Shown here piece after piece: positions 9,475 to 19,692 of a stretch of DNA of 64,000 bases; position 1 is the first letter of the stretch, and each line of letters starts with the position of its first letter. The stretch spans positions 6,715-70,714 of the forward strand of contig JAUNHW010000012.1 of the NCBI GenBank assembly GCA_030523775.1. Direction: 5' to 3'. This DNA is from Akkermansia sp. GTDB taxonomy: Bacteria > Verrucomicrobiota > Verrucomicrobiia > Verrucomicrobiales > Akkermansiaceae. A program made the position numbers and the translations under genes. The notes below the pieces were generated by a model. The model saw nothing but the letters and a program-made list of their open reading frames with translations, ran no database searches and had not been told where the DNA came from.

Positions 9475-12400
9475 TCAGGCCTGGGGTTCGGAGGGTTCCG
9501 CGGCGAAGGAGTAGTCGATGGCGGCGAGGGCCTGGTAGAGGTCCCAGCGGCGCTTGACATCCCCAGCCTCCAGGGCGAGGAGACGCTCGAAGCGCTCCTT
9601 GTTGCCGCGGGCGAGGAGGCGGAAGCGGTTCTCACCACCCTTGCCGTCCGCGCCCACCAGGGCTTCACGCACGGAGATCTTGGGGGCCCTGCTCTTGATG
9701 GTGAGCGGGTTCTTGCCCTGCTTGATGTTGTCCGGGTTGAAGTTGTAGAGCAGCACGCGGCCGCAGTCCACGGCGGCCTTCTGGCGGTCCAGGCCGTCTG
9801 CCATGTTGATGCCGTGGTTGATGCAGTGGCTGTATGCGATGATGAGGGCGGGGCCGTCATACTCCTCAGCCTCCACGAGGGTCTTGAGGGTGTGCTCGTC
9901 GTTGGCGCCGAGGGCGACCGCGGCCACGTAGATGTTGCCGTAGGTCATGGCCATGTAGCCGATGTCCTTCTTCACCTGGTCCTTGCCGCTGGTGGCGAAC
10001 TTGGCCACAGCCGCGCGCGGGGTGGACTTGGAGCACTGGCCGCCGGTGTTGGAGTACACCTCCGTGTCCAGCACCATGACCTTGATATTGCGGCCGGAAG
10101 CCAGCACGTGGTCGAGGCCGCCGTAGCCGATGTCGTACGCCCAGCCGTCGCCGCCGAGAATCCAGACGGACTTGCGGACGAGGTAATTGGCATGGGCCTT
10201 GAGGGCAGCCAGCTCCGGCTTGTCGCCGCAGGCAGCCTTGATGGCGGCCACGGTCTCGCGGGCGCGCTGCACGTCCGCCTCGGTCTTCTGCGGGTTATCC
10301 TTGATGGCCTGCACGAGCTCGGCGCCAACGGCATCGGCGGCGGCGTCCAGCAGCTCCAGGGCGAACTGCTGCTTCTTGTCCAGGGAGACGCGGAAGCCGA
10401 GGCCGAATTCGGCGTTGTCCTCAAAGAGGCTGTTGCTCCAGGCGGGTCCGAGGCCGTCCTTGCCGTGGGACCACGGGGTGGTGGGCAGGTTGCCGCCGTA
10501 GATGGAGGAGCAGCCGGTGGCGTTGGAGACCACGAGGCGGTTGCCGAAGAGCTGGGTGAGGGCCTTGATGTAGGGCGTCTCGCCGCATCCGGCGCAGGCA
10601 CCGGAGAACTCGAAGAGCGGGCGCAGGAACTGCGCGTCGCGCACCGTGGAGCCGTTGAGCTTCGTGCGGTCCGGGTCCGGCAGCTTGTCGAAGAACTCCC
10701 AGTTCTCCGCCTGCGGCTTGAGCGCCTGGGCGGCGGGAGTCATAATCAGGCTGCCCGTGGGGCACACGCGGGAGCAGAGCGTGCAGCCCGTGCAGTCCGA
10801 TGCGGACACCTGGATGATGAACTTCTTGCCCTGCCATTCCTTGTGCATCTTCGCGGCATCCGCGCACTTGAGCGTGGCGGGAGCGCCCGCGAGGTCGGCG
10901 GGGTCGGCCATCTGGGCGCGCAGGGCGGCGTGCGGGCACACGGTGGTGCACTTGCCGCACTGGATGCAGGCCTTGGAGGTTTCGGTCTTCTCCGGCTCCC
11001 ACACGGGAATCATGAGGGCGAGGTTGCGCTTCTCGTACTGGGTGGTGCCGCTGGGGAAGGTGCCGTCTGCGGGCATCTCGGAGACCTTGACGTCGTTGCC
11101 GTTGCCGGCGATGATCTTGCCGAGGACGTCCTTGACGAACGCGGGGGCATCGCCGTGCACGCAGGGAGGAATCTCATGCCCGGTGATTTCCGTGCCGAGT
11201 GCGACCTTGTGGAGGTTGTCCAGGGAGGCGTCCACGGCGGCGATGTTCTTGGCGACGACTTCCTCGCCCTTCTTGCCGTAGGTTTTCTTGATGGCCTCCT
11301 TGATGTAGCCGATGGCCTCGTCCGCGGGAATCACGCCGGAGAGCTTGAAGAAGCAGGTCTGCATGATCATGTTGATGCGGCCGCCCATGCCGGTGGCCTT
11401 GGCCACCTTGAAGGCATCGATGCAGTACATGGTGATGTGCTTGTCGATGATCTGCCTCTGCATGCGTGCGGGGAGGGAATCCCACACCTTGTCTGGGGCC
11501 ACGGCGGTGTTCATGAGGAAGGTGGCGCCGTCCGCCGCGTTCTTCAGGAAGTCCAGGATGTTCAGCAGGCTGGGCTGGTGCAGCGCAATGTAGTTGGCGC
11601 TGTGGATGAAGTACGTGCTGTGGATGGGCTTGGGACCGAAGCGCAGGTGCGAGATGGTGGACGAGCCGGACTTCTTGGAGTCGTACTCGAAGTAGCCCTG
11701 CACGTACAGGTCCGTGTGCTTGCCGATAATCTTGATGGCGTCCTTGTTGGCGCCCACCGTGCCGTCCGAGCCCAGGCCGTAGAACAGGCAGCGGGTCACC
11801 TCCGGGGACTCCGTGGAGTACTCGGGGTCGTAGGCGATGCTCTTGCCGGTCACGTCGTCCTCGATGCCCACGGCGAATCCGGTCATGGGCTGGGGCTTGG
11901 CGAGCTCATCGTACACGCCCTTCACCATGGCGGGGGTGAAATCCTTGGAGCCCAGGCCGTAGCGGCCGCCCACAACAATGGGCATCTCGAAGGGCAGCGT
12001 GCCCGCGGCCTTGGCGGTGTAGAGCGCCTGGGTCACGTCCTGCAGCAGCGGCTCGCCCTGGCTGCCGGGTTCCTTGGTGCGGTCCAGCACGGCGATCTTC
12101 TTCACGGTCTTGGGCAGGGCGGCAATCACGTCCTCCGCGGGGAACGGGCGGTACAGGCGCACCTTGAGCACGCCCACGTCACCGCCCATGGCCTGCACGG
12201 TCTCCAGGCACGCCTCCGCGCCGGAGCCCATGATGACGATGACGCGGGTGGCCTCCGGGCTGCCGATGTACTCCACCACGTCGTAGTGGCGGCCGGTAAG
12301 CTCGCCGAACTGCTTCATGCAGTCCTTCACGATGCCGGGCACGGCGTTGTAGTACTTGTTGACGGTCTCGCGGCCCTGGAAGTAGACATCCGGGTTCTGG

Positions 12401-13056
12401 GCGGTGCCGCGCACGAAGGGTGCATCCGGCGTGAGCCCGCGGGCGTGGAATGCGTCCACGCACTCCTGGTCGATCATGGCGCGCAGGGTGTCGTCCGTGA
12501 TGTCGGCAATCTTGCCCACCTCGTGGGAGGTGCGGAAGCCATCGAAGAAGTTGATGAAGGGCACGCGGCTCTTGAGCGTGGCGGCGTGGGCAATGGCGGC
12601 CATGTCCGGCGCCTCCTGCGTGCTGGCGCCGCAGAGCATGGCGAATCCGGTGGCGCGACAGGCCATGACGTCGCTGTGGTCGCCGAAGATGGAGAGCCCC
12701 TGCGCCGCAAGCGCGCGCGCCGCAATGTGGAACACGCACGGCGTGAGCTCGCCCGCTATCTTGTACATGTTGGGAATCATCAGCAGCAGGCCCTGGGAGG
12801 CCGTGAACGTGGTGGCCAGCGAGCCCGTCTGCAGCGCGCCGTGCACGGCTCCCGCCGCGCCGGCCTCGCTCTCCATCTCCACGATGGAGGGCACCGTGCC
12901 CCACAGGTTCTTGCGGTTCACGGAGGTCCAGGTTTCCGCCGATTCTCCCATGGGGGAGGACGGTGTGATGGGGTAGATGGCCGCCACTTCCGAGCAGCGG
13001 TACGCCACGGAGGCCACGGCCTCGTTGGCATCAATGGTGCTGTATGTCGTATTCAT
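9475..13056 (-). CDS. nifJ: Pyruvate:ferredoxin (flavodoxin) oxidoreductase
   Basis: YPITPSS, two ferredoxin motifs CIQCGKCTTVCP and CTGCTLCSRVCP, FSGACAGCGET, GGDGWAYDIG. Confidence 0.97.
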   Translation of the reverse strand: MNTTYSTIDANEAVASVAYRCSEVAAIYPITPSSPMGESAETWTSVNRKNLWGTVPSIVEMESEAGAAGAVHGALQTGSLATTFTASQGLLLMIPNMYKIAGELTPCVFHIAARALAAQGLSIFGDHSDVMACRATGFAMLCGASTQEAPDMAAIAHAATLKSRVPFINFFDGFRTSHEVGKIADITDDTLRAMIDQECVDAFHARGLTPDAPFVRGTAQNPDVYFQGRETVNKYYNAVPGIVKDCMKQFGELTGRHYDVVEYIGSPEATRVIVIMGSGAEACLETVQAMGGDVGVLKVRLYRPFPAEDVIAALPKTVKKIAVLDRTKEPGSQGEPLLQDVTQALYTAKAAGTLPFEMPIVVGGRYGLGSKDFTPAMVKGVYDELAKPQPMTGFAVGIEDDVTGKSIAYDPEYSTESPEVTRCLFYGLGSDGTVGANKDAIKIIGKHTDLYVQGYFEYDSKKSGSSTISHLRFGPKPIHSTYFIHSANYIALHQPSLLNILDFLKNAADGATFLMNTAVAPDKVWDSLPARMQRQIIDKHITMYCIDAFKVAKATGMGGRINMIMQTCFFKLSGVIPADEAIGYIKEAIKKTYGKKGEEVVAKNIAAVDASLDNLHKVALGTEITGHEIPPCVHGDAPAFVKDVLGKIIAGNGNDVKVSEMPADGTFPSGTTQYEKRNLALMIPVWEPEKTETSKACIQCGKCTTVCPHAALRAQMADPADLAGAPATLKCADAAKMHKEWQGKKFIIQVSASDCTGCTLCSRVCPTGSLIMTPAAQALKPQAENWEFFDKLPDPDRTKLNGSTVRDAQFLRPLFEFSGACAGCGETPYIKALTQLFGNRLVVSNATGCSSIYGGNLPTTPWSHGKDGLGPAWSNSLFEDNAEFGLGFRVSLDKKQQFALELLDAAADAVGAELVQAIKDNPQKTEADVQRARETVAAIKAACGDKPELAALKAHANYLVRKSVWILGGDGWAYDIGYGGLDHVLASGRNIKVMVLDTEVYSNTGGQCSKSTPRAAVAKFATSGKDQVKKDIGYMAMTYGNIYVAAVALGANDEHTLKTLVEAEEYDGPALIIAYSHCINHGINMADGLDRQKAAVDCGRVLLYNFNPDNIKQGKNPLTIKSRAPKISVREALVGADGKGGENRFRLLARGNKERFERLLALEAGDVKRRWDLYQALAAIDYSFAAEPSEPQA

Positions 13057-13113
13057 GATGAAACAGATGGTATAAAACGAATGGGCGGGAACTCGGCGCC
13101 CCCGCGCGGGCGT

Positions 13114-13142
13114 ACTTTACACCCGCGGGCCGCGGATTTCAA
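13114..13142 (-). promoter_or_regulatory. Promoter of nifJ
   Basis: TTGAAA-17-TAAAGT. Confidence 0.5.
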
Positions 13143-13299
13143 TGCAAAAGTGCGCGGGTGACGAAAAACGAGCGCGGTTCCAATGGCTGGACTCTTGTTT
13201 TGCAAAACATTGATGGACAGCAAGTAAGGAATTTCACAAAAAAAAGAAAGCCCCCCTCTTCAAAATTTGTCAGTAATGACGGCCAGATACATGCGGGAG

Positions 13300-13360
13300 G
13301 AAACAGGTCCAACCGCCCCGCCATTCGTCCGCCTACGCTACGCTTCGGCGTGACTAGGCG
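13300..13360. repeat. 47-bp direct repeat (copy 2) including a REP-like unit
   Basis: Minus strand of 13326-13360 reads CGCCTAGTCACGCCGAAGCGTAGCGTAGGCGGACG, the same family as 1509-1546. Confidence 0.8.
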
Positions 13361-13633
13361 GGGTTCGCGACTGGGAGGTTTGAACGGGGGACAATCCCCA
13401 CGTTGACACGTGGGGCGAATTTTTGGAAGCACCCCCCATTCGGCGGGGTGCAAAGTTAGCGCGCGCTTCGCGCGCGGAGCAACCAAGCGCTCACGCGCAA
13501 CACAACGCACCGTCATGAAAAGCGCCCTGCGATTTGTACGTTGGCTGCAAACCTGCGCTTGAGCCTGCCCCGCACATGCGGGGCTTTGTGCAAAAACGCG
13601 CGCGAAAGCCCGCCGGGCTTCCCAGCCTCATCC

Positions 13634-13665
13634 GCCTGTCTCGGCGTAGCGAAGCGAAGACGGAT
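13634..13665 (+). repeat. REP-like imperfect hairpin repeat
   Basis: GCCTGTCTCGGCGTAGC-GAA-GCGAAGACGGAT. Confidence 0.75.
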
Positions 13666-13731
13666 GTGCCGCTTGGAGCGGCAAGTCTCTTGTCGAGGTG
13701 GCGAGTGGTAGCGCGGGCCTTGATACACAGC

Positions 13732-13760
13732 AGGGGAGCACCCCTTTGGGATGCTCCCCT
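13732..13760 (-). terminator. Hairpin downstream of tRNA-Asp
   Basis: AGGGGAGCA...TGCTCCCCT 9-bp stem. Confidence 0.65.
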
Positions 13761-13768
13761 ACTGTGTA

Positions 13769-13843
13769 CGAAGCGGACGAGGCTTGAACTCGCGACCTCA
13801 GCCGTGACAGGGCTGCGCTCTAACCAAACTGAGCTACCGCTCC
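13769..13843 (-). tRNA. tRNA-Asp(GTC), CCA not encoded
   Basis: Cloverleaf GGAGCGG-TA-GCTCAGTTTGGTTAGAGC-G-CAGCC-CTGTCAC-GGCTG-AGGTC-GCGAG-TTCAAGC-CTCGT-CCGCTTC-G. Confidence 0.97.
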
Positions 13844-13879
13844 TTGCCTTGCAAGCCGTCATGCAACGGATGCGGGCAC

Positions 13880-13908
13880 ACTATACACGGCATCTGCGGG
13901 GTTGGCAA
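13880..13908 (-). promoter_or_regulatory. Promoter of tRNA-Asp
   Basis: TTGCCA-17-TATAGT. Confidence 0.7.
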
Positions 13909-13947
13909 GACTTTTTTGCAAAAAAGCGCGCTTATGGCAAAAAAACG

Positions 13948-15939
13948 TCACAAAAACTCGCGCGGGGCGTCCGGGGGAATCGCCAGGAGGAAGTTTCTGC
14001 CATAGTAGGTTCCCACGGCGCGGGAATCCAGGATGGTGACGATTCCTGTATCCGTCTTGGAGCGGATGAGACGGCCTATACCCTGGCGGAATTTGAGCAC
14101 GGCCTCCGGCAGGCTGTAGTCTGCAAAGGGGCGCCCGCCAGCCTCTGCCACGGCTTCCAGGCGCGCCTCCACCAGCGGGTTGCCGGGGGATTCAAAGGGC
14201 AGGCGCGTGATGACAACGTTGGAGAGAGCCTCCCCCGGCACGTCCACGCCCATCCAGAAGCTGTCCGTCCCCAGCAGCACGCTGCCCACCTCACGCTTGA
14301 ACACGGCGAGCATCTGGGTGCGGTCCATCTGGTCGCCCTGCGCCAGCAGGGGCCAGCCGCGCTCCTCGCAGAAGGGGCGCAGGCGTGCCAACTGGTCGCG
14401 CAGCAGGGAATAGCTGGTGAAGAGCACGAAGGCGCGGCCGTTGCTCATGTCGAGCGCGCGCATAATCCATTCCGCCAGGGCGGGGCGGTACTCGTTCGGC
14501 TCTGTGGCGGGCGGTGGCGGGGGCATACTGCGGGCCACCACCACGCGCATCTGCCGGGCAAAGTCGAAGGGGCTGCCGATTTGCAGGAAGCGAGCGGACT
14601 CCGCGCCCACTCGCCCTGCGAAATATCCGATGCCGCGCACACCCCCGGCCAGGGTGGCGCTGGTGCAGATGCAGGTGCGGCCGCTTTCGAAAAGCTTCTC
14701 GCGCAGCACATCCGCCACGTTGATGAGGGCGGATGAGATGTTGGTGAGGGCGCCGCCCGCGCCGCCGGCCTCCACCCAGTACACGGAGTTCTCCAGCTGC
14801 GTGAGCTTCACACACTCCGCGGTGGTGGCGATATAGGAGAGCAGGCGCGCGGCGGTGTCCTTCAGCTCCGCGCAGGTGAGCTCGTTCTCCTCTTCCTCCG
14901 CCATTTTCTTCACCTCCTGGTACAGGTCTGTGAGATAGGGGGAGAGGGTGTCCTCCGTCCACCCCGGCGTGCGGAGCCGCACAATGCCGTTGTTCTCCTG
15001 CAGGCGGCAGTCCGCGCGCGCGGCGCGGAAGAATTCCTCGGTGGCGGTTTGGGCGTCCTCTATGAGCTGGATGAGCGCGGGAGTGGCGTTGTGGCGCATG
15101 CTGCCCTTGCGGGTGCGCGGATTGTAGAGGCGCAGCAGGTCGTACTTCAAATCCCCTTCCCGCAGGGAGATGCCGAGCTGCTGGGAGGCCACATTCTCCA
15201 TGGTGTGGGCCTCATCCAAAATCACGAAGTCGCCGGGGTAGATGAAGCCGTCCATGCGCTCCTCGTCGTCACCCGCCATCTCGTCCGCCAGGGAGAGCAG
15301 GCCGAAAAACAGCGTGTGGTTGAGCACCACCACATCCGCCTCCTGCACGCGGCGGCGCGCGGCCTGGTACGGGCAGTCCGCGCCGCAGTTGCGCGCGGTG
15401 CACACATGGTTCTCGCTGCACACCTGCGCCCACACCTTGGGAGAGACAACCAAATCCTGCGGCAGGTCGGAGAGGGACCCCTCCCCGCAGTTCCGGGACC
15501 AATCCAGCAGCTGGTGCAGCTGCCGGGCCTCCTCCTGGTTGAAGAGATCCCGCGATTGCTCAATGGCGCGGCGCAGGCGGGTGCGGCAGAGATAGTTGGC
15601 GCGGCCTTTCAGCAGGGCGGCCTGGAACTCGCAGCCCAGGGCCTTTTTCACGGTGGGGATATCCTTGTGGAAAAGCTGTTCCTGCAGGTTGATGGTGTGG
15701 GTGGAGATGACCGCCTTGCGGCCCTGCTGCAAGGCGAAGCGCACAGACGGAATGAGGTACGCGAGCGACTTGCCCACGCCGGTGCCGGCCTCCACCAGCA
15801 GGGGGCTGCTGTTCTCCAGCGCCTCCGCCACGGCCTCCGCCATCTGCTGCTGCTGGGGACGGAACTCGAAACCGCTCGCGCGGGAGAGCAGTCCGGTCTC
15901 GGAAAAATCCTGCAGGGTCTGGTCGGTGAGCCATCCCAC
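13948..15939 (-). CDS. dinG: DinG/YoaA-family Fe-S DNA helicase (start uncertain)
   Basis: EAGTGVGKS, Fe-S cysteines (NYLC...CSENHVCTARNCGADCPY), DEAH, TSATL, FWMGVDVPG, QGIGRLIR. Confidence 0.9.
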   Translation of the reverse strand: MGWLTDQTLQDFSETGLLSRASGFEFRPQQQQMAEAVAEALENSSPLLVEAGTGVGKSLAYLIPSVRFALQQGRKAVISTHTINLQEQLFHKDIPTVKKALGCEFQAALLKGRANYLCRTRLRRAIEQSRDLFNQEEARQLHQLLDWSRNCGEGSLSDLPQDLVVSPKVWAQVCSENHVCTARNCGADCPYQAARRRVQEADVVVLNHTLFFGLLSLADEMAGDDEERMDGFIYPGDFVILDEAHTMENVASQQLGISLREGDLKYDLLRLYNPRTRKGSMRHNATPALIQLIEDAQTATEEFFRAARADCRLQENNGIVRLRTPGWTEDTLSPYLTDLYQEVKKMAEEEENELTCAELKDTAARLLSYIATTAECVKLTQLENSVYWVEAGGAGGALTNISSALINVADVLREKLFESGRTCICTSATLAGGVRGIGYFAGRVGAESARFLQIGSPFDFARQMRVVVARSMPPPPPATEPNEYRPALAEWIMRALDMSNGRAFVLFTSYSLLRDQLARLRPFCEERGWPLLAQGDQMDRTQMLAVFKREVGSVLLGTDSFWMGVDVPGEALSNVVITRLPFESPGNPLVEARLEAVAEAGGRPFADYSLPEAVLKFRQGIGRLIRSKTDTGIVTILDSRAVGTYYGRNFLLAIPPDAPREFL

Positions 15940-15958
15940 GTTGGGGAGGGGGAGCGGG

Positions 15959-16798
15959 TTAGTTGAGGATGCGCTCGCCGCAGGTGGGGCGGTCGAGATA
16001 GAGCGGGAGGTCGGGGAAGAAGGTGCGCAGCGTGCCGATGTTCGTGTTGCCGTCGATGAGGTACCACTTGTCCTTCTTGGTCTCGCGGTTGCTGCCCTCG
16101 TCGGAGATGATTTCATCCCGCACGGCGTAGATGTAGCTCTTGCGCTCCATGCGGGTGCGCGCGCCGTTCTGCGCGGGCATGCTCACCACCAGCGTGGTGG
16201 GGATGATGACAATGCGCGAGCGGTCCGTGGTCTCGCCCGTTTCGCTGGCGGGTCCCTTGGAGGGCTGCTCCGGCCAGCCGTTCCCGCGCAAGGCGGTGCC
16301 GCCTTGCGCACTCTGGCGGCGGGCCGCCTCTGCGCGCTGCACGGAAGAGGCGGTGGCGTTCGCCGGGGTGACCACGTACTCCCCGGTGGGGGTGCCGATA
16401 CTGAAACTCTCAATCTTGAGGCCCTGCTTCTTCATGTCCTCGCCCATCTTCTGGTACTGGGCCTTGAGGGCGCGGTTGCTCTCCACATAGCGCTTGCGGT
16501 CCGCCTCTGCGCGGGCGCGCGCCTCCTCCAGGGTCTCCCCGGCCTTCTTGTCCAGCCCCATGATACGGCGCGCGGCCTGTGCCTCCGCGGCGGGGTTGCC
16601 GCGGTTCACGAGCATTTCCGCATAGGTGTTGCGCAGCGGCGGGTACATGCACTCCAGCACCCAGGCCATATCAAAGTTGCGCACGGCGGTGCCGTACCCG
16701 CGGGCGGCCTCCGCCGCGGAAAGCGCATTCTCGCTCTGAGCCGCGCAAACACCGCAAAAGCCCACAACAACCGCACATATCAACGCGAAAAATCTCAT
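15959..16798 (-). CDS. Secreted hypothetical protein
   Basis: Signal peptide MRFFALICAVVVGFCGVCAA; typical codon usage. Confidence 0.75.
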   Translation of the reverse strand: MRFFALICAVVVGFCGVCAAQSENALSAAEAARGYGTAVRNFDMAWVLECMYPPLRNTYAEMLVNRGNPAAEAQAARRIMGLDKKAGETLEEARARAEADRKRYVESNRALKAQYQKMGEDMKKQGLKIESFSIGTPTGEYVVTPANATASSVQRAEAARRQSAQGGTALRGNGWPEQPSKGPASETGETTDRSRIVIIPTTLVVSMPAQNGARTRMERKSYIYAVRDEIISDEGSNRETKKDKWYLIDGNTNIGTLRTFFPDLPLYLDRPTCGERILN

Positions 16799-16924
16799 GC
16801 CGCCTATCCTACCAGAATTGCCCGCCAAGGCAAGGAGATTTTGGATGCGCGCGGCTCCAACCCGCACGCGCCCTTTCCTTTTTTGTTGCGGGCGGGAACG
16901 GAATATGGTAGTCTCCGAGTTGCT

Positions 16925-17269
16925 ATGGAAAAGACCTTGTTCCAGAAAATAGCAGACAAGGAGATACCCTCCGACATGGTGTACGAGGACGAGCACTGCG
17001 TGGCGTTCCGCGATATCTCGCCGAGCGCGCCGGTGCATATCCTGCTGGTGCCGCGCAAGCCGCTGCGGGATATAGCGAGCGCCACGGCGGAGGATGCAGC
17101 CCTGCTCTCCCACCTGATGCTGAAGGTGGGTGAGATTGCGCGGGCGCAGGGTATTGCAGAGAACGGGTTCCGCACGGTGCTCAACACCGGGGAGGACGGC
17201 GGCCAAACCGTGCCGCACCTGCACATCCACATCATCGGCGGGCGCTCCATGCAGTGGCCCCCGGGCTAG
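16925..17269 (+). CDS. hinT: Histidine triad nucleotide-binding protein
   Basis: TLFQKI, AFRDISP, GGQTVPHLHIHIIGG. Confidence 0.93.
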   Translation: MEKTLFQKIADKEIPSDMVYEDEHCVAFRDISPSAPVHILLVPRKPLRDIASATAEDAALLSHLMLKVGEIARAQGIAENGFRTVLNTGEDGGQTVPHLHIHIIGGRSMQWPPG

Positions 17270-17318
17270 GATTCCCCCCCTTCCCCGCCCCATTTGAACA
17301 AACACCGCTTTGAACACC

Positions 17319-19685
17319 ATGGGCAAGCAAAAGGTGGAACGCACGGTGTGGGTTTCCCAACACACGCTGGAGGTGGTGCTTTCCCACAGCAAGCTGCGCC
17401 TTTCCTTCCTGGAGGACGGGCTGGTGCGCTGCCGCTACGTGACCAGCCCGGTGTTCGAGAACATACCGAGCTACGGCATTGCGCCGGAGTACCGCGCGGC
17501 ACCGCCGCAGCTGCAGGCGGAGGACCGCGGGGAGTTCCTGCAGGTGCGCACGCCGCGGCTCTCCCTGCACATCCGCAAGGCGGACGGCGGGCTGGAATTC
17601 TATGACACCGCGGGCACATGCCTGTGCGCAGATGCGGACGGGTTCGGCCACCGGCTCAACGAGCGCACGGGCGACAACTTTGTGTGGGTGCAGAAGCAGA
17701 TGCCGGAAGAGGCACACTTCTTCGCCCTGGGAGACAAGCCCGGCAAGCTCAACCTGCGCGGGCGGCGCCTGGAAATGTGGGGCGCAGACCACTACAAGTT
17801 CACCCCGCAGAGCGACCCGCTCTACAAGAGCATCCCCTTCTTCCTGTGCCTCAACAAGGGGCGGCAGTACGGCATCTTTTTCGACAACACCATGCGCTCC
17901 TACTTCGATTTCGGCAAGGAGCGCGCAGACCGCCTGCTGTTCGGCGCAGACGGCGGGGTGATGGACTACTACTTCATCCTGGGCTCCACGGCGCTGGACA
18001 CCGTGTGCACATACACGCGGCTCACCGGGCTGCCGCCCATGCCGCCGCTCTGGGCCCTGGGCTACCACCAGAGCAAGTGGAGCTACTACCCGGAGCAGGT
18101 GGTCCTGGATTTGGCCGCGCAATTCCGCAAACGCCGCATCCCGTGCGACGGCATCCACCTGGATATCCACCACATGAAGCGCTACCAGGCCCTCACCTGG
18201 GACCGCACCAGCTTCCCGGACCCGCCCGGCATGATCCGCAGGCTCGGCGAAGACGGCTTCAAGGTGGTCTGCATTGTGGACCCCGGCATCAAAATCAACC
18301 CCAACAACTACGTCTGGAAAAGCGGCTTCGAGCGCAATGTCTTCTGCCGCCGGCACGACGGCGCGCTGCTGCGCGGCACCGTGTGGCCGGGGGAGTGCAA
18401 CTTCCCGGACTTCACCTCGCCGGACACGCGCAACTGGTGGGCGGACCTCTTCCACCGCCAGGTGGCGGAATACGGCGTGCGCGGCATCTGGGCAGACATG
18501 AACGAGCCCGCCATGTTCCCGGACAAAACCTTCCCGGACGACACGCGGCACGCGTTCGACGGCTTCTCCTGCTCCCACCTGAAAGCGCACAACGTGTACG
18601 GCCAGTGCATGGCGCGCGCCACGCGGCAGGGCATGGAGCAGGCCGCGCCGGAGCGGCGCCCCTTCGTGCTCTCGCGCTCCGGGTTTGCCGGGCTGCAGCG
18701 CTGGGCCGCCACGTGGACGGGCGACAACGATTCCGACTGGGAGAACCTGCAGATGGCCAACCTGATGGTGCAGCGGCTCTCCGCCAGCGGCGTATCGTTC
18801 TGCGGGGCGGATACGGGCGGGTTCCTGGGGCATCCCACGCCGGAGCTGTTCACGCGCTGGATGCAGATGGCGGCGTTCCACCTGTTCTTCCGCAACCACA
18901 ACAACGGCGAATTCGGCGGGCAGGAGCCGTGGTGCTTCGGCGCGGAGGTGGAGGCGCTCGTGCGCAGCGCCATCGAGGAACGCTACCGCCTGCTCCCCTA
19001 CCTCTACACCCAGTTCCACCGCTACCATGCACACGGCACCCCCGTCATCCGCTCGCTGGCCCTCATGCTGCATGAAAACACGGACATGTACTGGCGCAGC
19101 ACGGAATTCTTCCTGGGCGACGCCCTGTACGTCATCCCCGTGCACTACAAGGGCCAGGCGGAGCAAAAGCTCTTTGTGCCGCCGGGAACATGGTACTGCT
19201 ACCACACGGACAACCGCGTGCCCGTGAGCAACGCGGAATTCATCACCCCGGTGGTGCGCGCGCACATTCCCGTGCTGGTGAAGGGCGGCTGCATCATCCC
19301 GCGCTGGCCCGTGCAGCAGCACGTGGGGGAAATCCCCGTGCCGCCCTGCACCCTGGATTTGTGGTGGGCACCGGACACAGAGGAGGAGAGCAGCCTGTAC
19401 GAGGACGCCGGCGACGGCCCGGACGCCGAGCGTTTCGGGGCCTACCTGCTGCACACGTTCCAATACCGGGCGGGGGCGCGCGGGCTGCGGCTCGCCGCGC
19501 AGCGCAGCGGCTCCCTGAACAACGGGCGCACGGAATTCGCCTTCGCCCTGCACGGCCTGCCGCGGGATGCCGCACCGCACGCCGCGGTGGACGGCACAGA
19601 GCTGGAATGCAGGCTGGATGCAGAGGCCCACATCCTGCACCTCACCCTGCCCGCCGCCTTCTCCACCCTGGAGATTTCATTCTGA
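17319..19685 (+). CDS. GH31 alpha-glucosidase-like glycoside hydrolase
   Basis: PLYKSIPF, WALGYHQSKWSY, GIWADMNEP, TWTGDN, GADTGGF. Confidence 0.92.
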   Translation: MGKQKVERTVWVSQHTLEVVLSHSKLRLSFLEDGLVRCRYVTSPVFENIPSYGIAPEYRAAPPQLQAEDRGEFLQVRTPRLSLHIRKADGGLEFYDTAGTCLCADADGFGHRLNERTGDNFVWVQKQMPEEAHFFALGDKPGKLNLRGRRLEMWGADHYKFTPQSDPLYKSIPFFLCLNKGRQYGIFFDNTMRSYFDFGKERADRLLFGADGGVMDYYFILGSTALDTVCTYTRLTGLPPMPPLWALGYHQSKWSYYPEQVVLDLAAQFRKRRIPCDGIHLDIHHMKRYQALTWDRTSFPDPPGMIRRLGEDGFKVVCIVDPGIKINPNNYVWKSGFERNVFCRRHDGALLRGTVWPGECNFPDFTSPDTRNWWADLFHRQVAEYGVRGIWADMNEPAMFPDKTFPDDTRHAFDGFSCSHLKAHNVYGQCMARATRQGMEQAAPERRPFVLSRSGFAGLQRWAATWTGDNDSDWENLQMANLMVQRLSASGVSFCGADTGGFLGHPTPELFTRWMQMAAFHLFFRNHNNGEFGGQEPWCFGAEVEALVRSAIEERYRLLPYLYTQFHRYHAHGTPVIRSLALMLHENTDMYWRSTEFFLGDALYVIPVHYKGQAEQKLFVPPGTWYCYHTDNRVPVSNAEFITPVVRAHIPVLVKGGCIIPRWPVQQHVGEIPVPPCTLDLWWAPDTEEESSLYEDAGDGPDAERFGAYLLHTFQYRAGARGLRLAAQRSGSLNNGRTEFAFALHGLPRDAAPHAAVDGTELECRLDAEAHILHLTLPAAFSTLEISF

Positions 19686-19692
19686 ACACGCC

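Noticed and set aside
13500-13843. Integrative element at tRNA-Asp
   Set aside because: No duplicated tRNA 3' end and no adjacent integrase
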